A DNA stretch of 40,000 nucleotides from Nannocystaceae bacterium (GTDB lineage: Bacteria > Myxococcota_A > Polyangia > Nannocystales > Nannocystaceae), in contig JAZGFE010000196.1 in assembly GCA_036479215.1 (NCBI GenBank), positions 49,538 to 89,537 of the forward strand. The letters are read 5' to 3'. Below are positions 7,545 through 14,999 of this stretch, one piece after another; positions within the stretch are counted from its first letter, which is position 1; every line of letters starts with the position of its first letter. The translations under genes and the position numbers were made by a program. A model generated the notes under the pieces. It was not told the origin of the DNA. It saw only the letters and a program-made list of their open reading frames with translations, and searched no databases.

Positions 7545-9569
7545 TCACGCTTCGAGAGATGCGACCAGTTGCGCCACCGTATACGGCGGCAGGCCGGCGA
7601 TGAAACGTGCGACGGAGGTCTCGCCCGCGTCGTCGGCATCACGACAACGCACATTGATCGACCCCGCGTCGGTTTCTTGCTGGCCGACGACGAACACGTA
7701 CGGAACTTTCGCCATGGTCGCGCCACGGATCTTGTACCCGAGTCGCTCATCGGACATATCAACGTCGACTCGCAGGCCGTGGACACGCACCTCCGCGGCG
7801 ACCGTGGAAGCGTAGTCGTTGAATTTTTCCGACACGGGGAGGACGCGAACCTGCTCGGGCGCGAGCCACAGAGGAAAAGCACCCGCGACGTGTTCGGTGA
7901 TGATGCCGAAAAAACGTTCGAGTGATCCATAGCACGCGCGATGAATCATCACGGGCGTATGCCGTCCTCCGTCGGCCCCCACGTACTCCAGTCCGAATCG
8001 AGCAGGCATTGAGAAATCGAGTTGAATGGTTCCGCACTGCCAGCTGCGCCCAATCGAGTCGCGAATGTGGAAGTCGATCTTCGGGCCGTAGAAGGCGCCG
8101 TCCCCCGCGTTGACCTGATACTCGCGGCCCGATTCTCCGAGCGCCGCAGCGAGGGATGACTCGGCCTGTTCCCACATTGCGTCGCTTCCGATGGAGTCCT
8201 CGGGTCGGGTCGACAACTCGAGCCTCACATCTGCGAGATCGAAGGCTCGATACATCTCGAAGAAGAAATCGATAAGCATGTGGATTTCGCTCTCGATTTG
8301 ATCTGGGGTGCAAAAATGATGTGCGTCATCCTGGACAAACGCCTGCACTCGGAAGAGCCCATGCCGCACACCAGATGGCTCCCGCCGATGCACCAGGCCC
8401 ATCTCAGCCATGCGAAGCGGGAATTCACGATGCGAGCGCAGGCCACGCTTGTAGATCTTGAGGTGACCGGGGCAGTTCATCGGCTTGACGGCCATCGCAC
8501 GCTCTTCACCCGCATCGTCGTGGATCACCTGAGGGTCTTTGGCGTCCCGAGCCTTGCGCTTGGTGAAGAACATATTCTCCATGTAGTGCTCGTAGTGGCC
8601 AGATGTGTGCCAGGTACTCTCTGGGAGAATGATCGGTGTTCGCACCTCCTGGTAACCACGCCGCGTCAGCTGGGCTCGCATGAAGTCCATCAAGCCGTTG
8701 TAAACCGCCGTCCCCTTCGGGTGCAGGAACGGAAACCCCGGCGCATCGTCCTCAAAATGGAAAAGATCTAGCTTCTCTCCAAGCACTCGGTGATCGCGTT
8801 TCTTGGCCTCTTCGAGCATATGAAGGTGCGCGTCGAGATCCTTCTTCGAGAAGAACGCTGTCCCATAGATACGCACAAGCCGCTCCCGCAACGCATCGGC
8901 GCGCCAATAGGAACCCGCAATTTTCATCAGTTTGATGTGCTTGAGCCACCCTGAACTGGGCACATGAGGGCCGACACAAAGGTCGATAAAACTGCCAGTC
9001 TGGTAAAAACTCACAGGGGTCGAGTCGGACGCGCCACTGAACGCGCCGCCCGCTTCAAGCCCCTCGACGATCTCTCGCTTGAACGGGTTGGCGCCGCCAT
9101 CGATCGCATCGTAGCGGCGATATATCGGCGAATCCCGGTTGTCAGCGATCAGGCGCTCAAACGCGTAATCGGCCTGGGCCAACTCTCGGATTTTCTTCTC
9201 GATGCGGGGGAAGTCGGCCTCGGAGAGGGTCTGATCCGCGGGGAGTTGCACATCGTAGAAAAAGCCATCCTCGGTGGCGGGCCCGATGGTCAGCTGGACG
9301 CCAGGGACCTCCTCGAGCACAGCGGCCGCCATAAGGTGAGCGGCCGAATGGCGCAAGGTGTGCAGAGCCTCAGCATCTCGCTTTGTCAGGATTTTGACCC
9401 GATCGCCATCGGCCAGCACGCGACTCATGTCCACCGTCTGATGGTTCACCTGAGCGACAACCGCCATCTTGGCGAGGCCAGAACTGATCGTTCGCGCGAG
9501 ATCGGCAGCGCGGGCGCCCTCATCGAGTAGCTTTGTTGATCCATCGGGAAGTGAAACCGTAATTTTCAT
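7545..9569 (-). CDS. thrS: Threonine--tRNA ligase
   Basis: N-terminal TGS domain starts MKITVSLPDGS. Class II aaRS core: FRLxE-like RREPSGVRHGLFRVQAFVQDDAHHF, with GAFYGPKIDF. C-terminal anticodon-binding domain. I trimmed the listed 740-aa ORF to ATG 9569. The 66-aa Gly/Arg-rich prefix is a translation of the G-rich leader. Confidence 0.97.
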   Translation of the reverse strand: MKITVSLPDGSTKLLDEGARAADLARTISSGLAKMAVVAQVNHQTVDMSRVLADGDRVKILTKRDAEALHTLRHSAAHLMAAAVLEEVPGVQLTIGPATEDGFFYDVQLPADQTLSEADFPRIEKKIRELAQADYAFERLIADNRDSPIYRRYDAIDGGANPFKREIVEGLEAGGAFSGASDSTPVSFYQTGSFIDLCVGPHVPSSGWLKHIKLMKIAGSYWRADALRERLVRIYGTAFFSKKDLDAHLHMLEEAKKRDHRVLGEKLDLFHFEDDAPGFPFLHPKGTAVYNGLMDFMRAQLTRRGYQEVRTPIILPESTWHTSGHYEHYMENMFFTKRKARDAKDPQVIHDDAGEERAMAVKPMNCPGHLKIYKRGLRSHREFPLRMAEMGLVHRREPSGVRHGLFRVQAFVQDDAHHFCTPDQIESEIHMLIDFFFEMYRAFDLADVRLELSTRPEDSIGSDAMWEQAESSLAAALGESGREYQVNAGDGAFYGPKIDFHIRDSIGRSWQCGTIQLDFSMPARFGLEYVGADGGRHTPVMIHRACYGSLERFFGIITEHVAGAFPLWLAPEQVRVLPVSEKFNDYASTVAAEVRVHGLRVDVDMSDERLGYKIRGATMAKVPYVFVVGQQETDAGSINVRCRDADDAGETSVARFIAGLPPYTVAQLVASLEA

Positions 9570-9620
9570 CGTGCGGAACCTGCGGAGCGAATTGCACGGA
9601 CTGTAGTGCGGGGAGGAAAC

Positions 9621-9651
9621 AAAAAAAAACCCCTCATCGACGAGCGTGGGG
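9621..9651 (-). terminator. Intrinsic-terminator-like hairpin plus U9 inside the thrS 5' leader (possible attenuator or sRNA 3' end)
   Basis: Minus strand: CCCCACGCTCGTCGATGAGGGG followed by TTTTTTTTT (A9 on plus, 9621-9629). It lies 52 nt upstream of the thrS ATG. There is no co-directional upstream gene to terminate. Confidence 0.45.
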
Positions 9652-9690
9652 TCTTTCTGTCCGCGTGTCGCCCACGCCGGTTCCTGCTTC

Positions 9691-9776
9691 TTCCCACATC
9701 TCTTCCGGCACCTCTTGTCGTGGCCGCCATTCCCCCCCCCCCGCGTCCCGTGCCCCCCGTTTCCCACATCCCTTCC
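9691..9776. repeat. Two 16-nt direct repeats (15/16 identical) spaced 70 bp apart
   Basis: TTCCCACATCTCTTCC at 9691-9706 and TTCCCACATCCCTTCC at 9761-9776 (plus strand), in the thrS / J-domain divergent intergenic region. Confidence 0.85.
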
Positions 9777-9777
9777 C
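9732..9777 (-). other. Canonical G-quadruplex motif including a G11 homopolymer (C11 on plus, 9732-9742)
   Basis: Minus strand: GGG-AA-GGG-ATGT-GGG-AAAC-GGGGGG-CAC-GGG-ACGC-GGGGGGGGGGG. That is six G3+ runs with 2-4 nt loops. Confidence 0.6.
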
Positions 9778-9893
9778 GTGACCCCCGCATGCGGTCTCCG
9801 GTGGGCCCCGTCCGCCGCATACCGGCCGCCCTGCGTACCGCGCCGACGGCGGGCCGGTTGATGTCTTCGACGCGGGGCGCCATAGTCTAGCCC

Positions 9894-10343
9894 GTGAGCC
9901 TGTCCAAACGGCTATGGGACCTGGCGCGCTCCAACGCGACAGACTTCACCAGCGCGTTCACGGCACGCCGCCGCGATCTGCTCGACGACGCGCCGCCACC
10001 CGCCGATAACCCGCACACGGTCGGCGCGCGCGCCGGTCAAGCGGCACGACGGGCCAAGACCCGAGCGGAGCACGCATGGGACCAGGCCTACGAAGCGGCG
10101 AAGGTCGGACGGCACGTGAATGGCCGGCCCCGTTCAAACGCGGACTTGGCCCGCTGGCATGAGACATTGGAAATCGACGCCTCGGTGAGCGACATCGAAC
10201 TGCGGCGCGCCTACCGACGCCTCATTAATCAGTACCACCCGGACCGCTACGCCACCGACCCGCCGAAGTACCGCGCCGCGACGGAAGTCGCCCGGAAGCT
10301 CACGGAGGCCTATAACGGACTTCGCGAACACCGCGGACTGTAG
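9894..10343 (+). CDS. J-domain (DnaJ-like) protein
   Basis: 149-aa ORF with a GTG start. The C-terminal J domain has the HPD motif: LEIDASVSDIELRRAYRRLINQYHPDRYATDP..KLTEAYNGL. The N-terminus MSLSKRLWDLARSN resembles the PspA/Vipp1 N-terminal amphipathic helix. Confidence 0.8.
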   Translation: MSLSKRLWDLARSNATDFTSAFTARRRDLLDDAPPPADNPHTVGARAGQAARRAKTRAEHAWDQAYEAAKVGRHVNGRPRSNADLARWHETLEIDASVSDIELRRAYRRLINQYHPDRYATDPPKYRAATEVARKLTEAYNGLREHRGL

Positions 10344-10522
10344 GCGAGCCGCGCGATGTGGCCGTCGTTCGCAACGCGGGAGCTTGAGGCATCCAACGCG
10401 CTGCATCGAACGCACGGCATCGAAGCACCGCATGGAACGTGCGCGTTTGGCGGGTATATGCCATCGTCCTGCGCGAGGGCGCTTGACCTTTCGGTGCAGG
10501 GCAAATATCCCGGCCAACGGCC

Positions 10523-11350
10523 ATGGCGAAACGTTCGAGTCCACGAAAAAAATCCGGCACGACCCTCGCTCAACAAGCGGATCGCCACGATCTCTACGAG
10601 CGCTCGGTTCAGGAGCCCGAAACCGAGATCGACTTCATCGCGCGTACTTACAAGCGAATCAACGGTCGCCACGCGTTGCGGCTGCGCGAGGACTTCGCGG
10701 GGACCTCGGTGCTCAGCTTACAATGGGCAAAGTCCGGCAAAGGTCGAGAAGTTTGGGCTGTGGATCTGTGCGAGGACACCCTCGAGTGGGGGCAAAAGAA
10801 CCGCATCGACCCCGCTGGAGCCTCGGTGGCCGAGCGAGTCCACCTTGTCCACGGCAATGTGCTCGACGGTCTCGGCCCGAAGGTAGATATCACGACAGCC
10901 TACAACTTCAGCTACTGGATCCTCGAGGGTCGGGAAACGCTCCGCAAATACTTCAAGGTCGTCCGATCGAGGCTCAAGACTGGAGGTCTGCTCTTCCTCG
11001 ACGTCCTCGGCGGGACCGACCTCTATGGTGAAGACGAGAACCGGGTCGATCACGGAGACTTCACCTACGTGTGGAAGCAGATCTCGTTCAACCCCCTGAC
11101 ACACCACATGAAATGTCAGATCGGGTTTGAGTTCCCGGACGGTTCGAGCATACCCAAAGCGTTCACCTACGAGTGGCGACTATGGTCACCACCGGAGCTA
11201 CGGGATCTACTGGTCGAAGCTGGTTTCTCCAACGTCCATATGATGTGGGAACGAACCGACGCAGAGGGTGAGGGTCTCGGGCGCTTCCATGAACCCAAAA
11301 AGGCAGAAAATACCCCTCTATGGTGGACCTATATCGTCGCGGAACGCTAG
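10523..11350 (+). CDS. Class I SAM-dependent methyltransferase-like protein (paralog 1)
   Basis: 275 aa. Basic N-terminal tail MAKRSSPRKKSG. Rossmann-type core LREDFAGTSVLS..AVDLCEDTLEWG..ITTAYNFSYW. Alignable end to end with the next gene. Confidence 0.85.
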   Translation: MAKRSSPRKKSGTTLAQQADRHDLYERSVQEPETEIDFIARTYKRINGRHALRLREDFAGTSVLSLQWAKSGKGREVWAVDLCEDTLEWGQKNRIDPAGASVAERVHLVHGNVLDGLGPKVDITTAYNFSYWILEGRETLRKYFKVVRSRLKTGGLLFLDVLGGTDLYGEDENRVDHGDFTYVWKQISFNPLTHHMKCQIGFEFPDGSSIPKAFTYEWRLWSPPELRDLLVEAGFSNVHMMWERTDAEGEGLGRFHEPKKAENTPLWWTYIVAER

Positions 11351-11362
11351 CGGAACAAAGCC

Positions 11363-12238
11363 ATGGCTAAACGCAAGCAGAAGTCCAAGGGGAACAGGGG
11401 AGGGCGAGCTCGCGCCAAGCGAGGCGGACCCTCAATCGCGTCTCGAGCCGATATTCACGAACTGTACGAGTCTGCCGTCCAGTCGGCGGAAAACGACCTC
11501 GACTTCTTTTCAAGCACGTTCCGCGAGCTATCGGGGCGCGACCCCAAATCCTTGCGCGAGGACTTCTGCGGGACCGCACAACTCGCCACCAAATGGTGTG
11601 AGCGCGATGCCGACCACAGCGCCATCGGGATCGATATCGACGCCGAGACGCTGGCATGGGGCAAAGCCCGCCACCTCGCCGACCAACCCGCTCTCGCCAA
11701 CCGCGTCCGACTGATCTGCGGCGACGTCCGCGAGCCGGACGGGATTCAGGTCGACTTCAGCTGCGCACTCAACTTCAGCTTCTGCGTGTTCAAGACCCGC
11801 GACGAGCTGCGCCGCTATTTCGAGGTCGCACACGCGGGGCTCAAACCAGATGGCGTGCTCTTCTTAGAACTGTACGGCGGTACTGAGGCCATCATCGCCT
11901 ATGAAGAAGAGCGCGAAGTCGAGGGTTTCACCTACAAGTGGGATCAGGAAAGGTTCAATCCGCTGACCCACGAGACACTTTGCCATATCCACTTCATGTT
12001 CCCCGACGGTTCAAAGATCTACCGAGCGTTCAGCTATGACTGGCGCCTCTGGACCATCCCGGAGATCCGGGAGTTGCTCGCCGAGGCGGGTTTTTCCGAT
12101 ATGCGCGTGTTCTGGGAACAAGTCGAGGCCGATGACGAAGGGGAGGGCGACGACATGGAAGGTACGGGCGAGTACTGCGAAGTGATCGAGGTTGAGAATC
12201 AGGAAAGCTGGATCGTCTACCTCGCGGCCCAAGTCTAG
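11363..12238 (+). CDS. Class I SAM-dependent methyltransferase-like protein (paralog 2)
   Basis: 291 aa, starting 12 nt after paralog 1. Tail MAKRKQKSKGNRGGRARAKRGG. Blocks shared with paralog 1: LREDFxGT, FNPLTH, FPDGS, WRLWxxPExRxLLxEAGFS. It has an extra acidic C-terminal insert, ADDEGEGDDMEGTGE. Confidence 0.85.
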   Translation: MAKRKQKSKGNRGGRARAKRGGPSIASRADIHELYESAVQSAENDLDFFSSTFRELSGRDPKSLREDFCGTAQLATKWCERDADHSAIGIDIDAETLAWGKARHLADQPALANRVRLICGDVREPDGIQVDFSCALNFSFCVFKTRDELRRYFEVAHAGLKPDGVLFLELYGGTEAIIAYEEEREVEGFTYKWDQERFNPLTHETLCHIHFMFPDGSKIYRAFSYDWRLWTIPEIRELLAEAGFSDMRVFWEQVEADDEGEGDDMEGTGEYCEVIEVENQESWIVYLAAQV

Positions 12239-12284
12239 TCGTGCACAATGCCTCGACGCGCACGTCGGCTGACGACGTGCGCGG

Positions 12285-12366
12285 TGCGAACCCCGGGACT
12301 CGAACCCGGACACCTTGCGGTACTGGAACCTAAATCCAGCGCGGCTACCAATTACGCCAGGCTCGC
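12285..12366 (-). tRNA. tRNA-Leu (anticodon TAG)
   Basis: Folded by hand. Acceptor GCGAGCC/GGTTCGC with one G-U pair. Anticodon arm CTGGA-TTTAGGT-TCCAG. Long variable arm TACCGCAAGGTGT (type II). T arm CCGGG-TTCGAGT-CCCGG. Discriminator A. CCA is not fully encoded (ACCG). Confidence 0.85.
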
Positions 12367-12441
12367 GGGATGTCGCGGCGATCGCCCCTGCGGCGGCCAC
12401 ACAGACGGTTCGCGCGTCAACCGGCCCCAACTCCTGCCAGC

Positions 12442-12455
12442 GTGCATATATGCAC
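12442..12455. repeat. Perfect 14-bp palindrome GTGCATATATGCAC with an AT core
   Basis: Read directly. Intergenic, between the end of the 12509 gene and the 5' side of tRNA-Leu(TAG). Confidence 0.9.
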
Positions 12456-12508
12456 CGGGGCACGGTTGTCGTCGCAAACGCGGTCGATTCACGAAGCGAC
12501 CACCACGG

Positions 12509-12838
12509 CTAGAGCGCTGCCGGCTGCGGGCTCGCCGGACGCAGGAGCTGACGCACCATCCGAACCACGGACTTCACAACCGGATGGCCCTTGATGAAAA
12601 CGACGCCGACCACGTGTTTCTCGTCTCCCGAGACGAGCACAGCGTGATCCCCGACAAGTACGCGAATGGATGGCTCGTTCGCGATGTGACGGAGCCGGAC
12701 AGCCTCGAGGACGATCGGCTTCCAGCGATCGTCGCCAATCCAGGAGGGCTCGCCTCCCATCTGCTCCGCGGTCATGTCTAGAACTGCCACGATGCCGTCA
12801 TGGCGCAGTACACGTTCGATTCTACTCATTGCTGCCAT
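12509..12838 (-). CDS. Small cytoplasmic protein, possibly Roadblock/LC7 (MglB-like) fold
   Basis: 109-aa ORF with ATG start and coding-like codon usage. Alternating beta/alpha pattern GIVAVLDMT..., HAVLVSGDEKHVVGVVFIKGHPVVKSVVRMVRQL. The fold assignment is by eye only. Confidence 0.55.
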   Translation of the reverse strand: MAAMSRIERVLRHDGIVAVLDMTAEQMGGEPSWIGDDRWKPIVLEAVRLRHIANEPSIRVLVGDHAVLVSGDEKHVVGVVFIKGHPVVKSVVRMVRQLLRPASPQPAAL

Positions 12839-13124
12839 CGAGTTTTCCTGGTGAAAGGATGTGGCGGGGTTCTACAAGAACCCGACGCAAGCGTCAAAGG
12901 CGCAAGCTTGAGAGCCGGTCGAGCGATTGCGCCCTGCGTAGCCACCGCGTTCTGAACCGGGCGGCAACACCGGAATTCGCGCAAAGAGCAGCGATTCGCT
13001 TCGCGGCCCACCCAGCCCCCTCCCCACGCCTCGCGCGGAACGGCACGCGGCACGGCGGGAGAACGCGCGTGTCCCGCGACTATTCGGGCCAGGATCGGCG
13101 TGTTCTTCCACGACGCCACACCCC

Positions 13125-14975
13125 GTGCTGCCGGCGTCGTGTCGTAGTGTCGGGCCTCCGAGCTCACCCCCCACACCGAACCCCGCCGTGTCCGTCTCTC
13201 GACCCCTTTGCACGAACCCGTCCCTGCGCTCCCGAGCTCTACCTGCGACCGGACGCGGGGTCGTCCCCGCGTGTATTGCACTTCTATGCGGCGCGATATG
13301 GATCGCTGGATGCTCGATCGACGCCTGCTCCAGCGACGCACCCATCGAAGCTCCCCTCGCCGCGGCGGCCACCACCGACAATCTAGCCGCCGCCGAGCGC
13401 TCTATAGAGGTCATGGAGCCAAGGGAGGAACCTACCGATGCCGAAAGCGGCGGGCTCGCCCGGGTGTCGGTCCAACACCCACACGAATTGCGTGACCTCG
13501 CGAATCCGGCACACCTTCGATACCTCGATCTCGCGTTCTCTGATGCCGACGCGCCGCCGCCTAGGACCGCGCGCCCCCCCGAAGATGACAACCCTCCACC
13601 ACCGCGATGCGAGGCTTTCGAGCCAACCGTGATCGCAGCGCGGCTTCCGAATCTCACCGAGCTGCGTACATCAGGTTGTGGCGAGGAAGCGCGACACCTG
13701 CTGGCCGAGCTCGGTCACCAACTCTCCGCACTCGAACTCGCTGATATCGTCTTGGATGCCGCCATGGTGTCGCAGCTCTCTCGGCTGACGGGCTTGCGCA
13801 CATTGATACTGACCCGCGTCAAGGTCACAGCCCCCACGGTTCGGCCCATCGCTCGGGCGCTGGCCCTCGAGCGCATCGTCCTGCGTGACCTGGAACGAGA
13901 CAGCGTCCTGACCGAACTGTTGGCATTCACACGGGGACTCAAGGAGATCGAGCTGGAGGGACGTTGGGCCGGGTACCGCAGTATGGAGCACATATCGAAG
14001 GCGACGAGCGTCCAGAGCTTGGTGCTCCTCGATACCTCGGTGAACAACTGGGGTCTGAACCAGGTCAAGCCGCTCGACCAGCTGCGGCGATTTCATTGGG
14101 ATGGCCCGCGTTTCAATGACCACAGTCCGTTGTATCTGCGCAACTTGCCCATCGAGGAGCTGCGCTGCGCCTGCCCGAGACTCGGGAATGCAGGCCTTCG
14201 CCATCTGCGACTCCTCAAGCAACTGCGTAGGCTGGAACTCAAGCAGCCGAATATCTCCGAAACTGGCTACGCGCACCTCAGCCGGTTCGTCGGACTCGAG
14301 AGCTTGCACATCGACCACTGCGACGTAAGCGATGCCATATTTGCCGCCTTGGCCCCGCTTACGAAGCTTCACACCCTCGAACTCACAAACGCCTCGCTCA
14401 CGAGCCGGGACACGCCCAGCTTGGCATTGCTCACGGGTCTGCGCCATCTAGTTCTGCGCCTCGACGGTTTCGACGACACACCCGCCACCCATCTCGCCGC
14501 GTTGACCGAGCTACGTTCGTTGAATCTTGGCGGCACCGACATTTCCGACGCGGGCCTGTCTGCCATCACCCGCCTTGAGAACTTGCGCGCACTAAGTCTC
14601 CACCACACCCGCGTGACCAACCGCGGCCTTCAACATGTAGGAACGCTCACGCGCCTAGAGAAACTCGAACTCGATCATACGGATCTCGTAGACGATGGGC
14701 TCCGCCATCTCGCCGCCTTGCGCGAGCTACGAGAGCTGCGACTCGACAACACCTTGGTGACCGACGTCGGCATGGCGAATCTCGCCGGGATGACCGCACT
14801 GGAGCGCCTCAACGTCGCCAACACCGTGATCTCGGATCGTGGAGCGGCGGAACTCGCCAAGCTACCGGCACTGCAGACAGTGGACCTGCGGGGGACGCGG
14901 GTACGGACGTACAACCAGGACCGTCACGCGACCGAACCGTCGACTCTTCCGGACGGCCAGGCGGCCCCCCGTTGA
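13125..14975 (+). CDS. Secreted leucine-rich-repeat (RNI-like, ~24-aa LRR) lipoprotein
   Basis: 616-aa ORF. Lipobox ALLCGAIWIAGC|S. The C-terminal two thirds hold more than 15 repeats of the type LxxLxxLxLxxTxVTDxGLxxL. The start is uncertain: ATG 13125 gives a 60+ aa pre-Cys region, and GTG 13188 is an alternative. Confidence 0.85.
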   Translation: MLPASCRSVGPPSSPPTPNPAVSVSRPLCTNPSLRSRALPATGRGVVPACIALLCGAIWIAGCSIDACSSDAPIEAPLAAAATTDNLAAAERSIEVMEPREEPTDAESGGLARVSVQHPHELRDLANPAHLRYLDLAFSDADAPPPRTARPPEDDNPPPPRCEAFEPTVIAARLPNLTELRTSGCGEEARHLLAELGHQLSALELADIVLDAAMVSQLSRLTGLRTLILTRVKVTAPTVRPIARALALERIVLRDLERDSVLTELLAFTRGLKEIELEGRWAGYRSMEHISKATSVQSLVLLDTSVNNWGLNQVKPLDQLRRFHWDGPRFNDHSPLYLRNLPIEELRCACPRLGNAGLRHLRLLKQLRRLELKQPNISETGYAHLSRFVGLESLHIDHCDVSDAIFAALAPLTKLHTLELTNASLTSRDTPSLALLTGLRHLVLRLDGFDDTPATHLAALTELRSLNLGGTDISDAGLSAITRLENLRALSLHHTRVTNRGLQHVGTLTRLEKLELDHTDLVDDGLRHLAALRELRELRLDNTLVTDVGMANLAGMTALERLNVANTVISDRGAAELAKLPALQTVDLRGTRVRTYNQDRHATEPSTLPDGQAAPR

Positions 14976-14999
14976 GGCGACCACGAGCCGCCCGCCCCG

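Noticed and set aside
6759-7925. 388-aa plus-strand ORF spanning the GST region and the 3' end of thrS.
   Set aside because: Its composition is Arg/Pro/Ser/His-rich. It overlaps a well-supported GST in another frame and runs antisense to thrS. This is a typical high-GC shadow ORF.
9570-9767. The N-terminal 66-aa extension of thrS in the listed 740-aa ORF (MGNGGHGTRGGGNGGHDKRCRK...).
   Set aside because: The Gly/Arg-rich sequence simply translates the G-rich leader and runs through the hairpin/U9 element. ThrRS proteins begin with the TGS domain (MKITV...), which starts at ATG 9569.
9570-9893. A T-box riboswitch upstream of thrS.
   Set aside because: I looked for the conserved T-box sequence (AAnnnGGGUGGnACCnCG) and a specifier-loop layout on the sense strand. 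The nearest string (GGCGUGGGCGACACGCGG) is a poor match. I therefore report the element only as a generic terminator-like leader.
10483-10511. Sigma70-like promoter TTGACC-N17-TATCCC just upstream of the first methyltransferase gene.
   Set aside because: The -35 element is good, but the -10 lacks the conserved final T and the A at position 2 is the only strong match. It would also leave almost no leader. Too weak to list as a feature.
12670-13657. ORFs 12670..13386 (+, 238 aa), 12826..13341 (-, 171 aa) and 12872..13657 (-, 261 aa) around the LRR gene 5' region.
   Set aside because: Extreme Arg/Ser/Pro/Gly composition, mutual overlap, and conflict with the LRR lipoprotein reading frame, which carries a lipobox and continues into clear LRRs.
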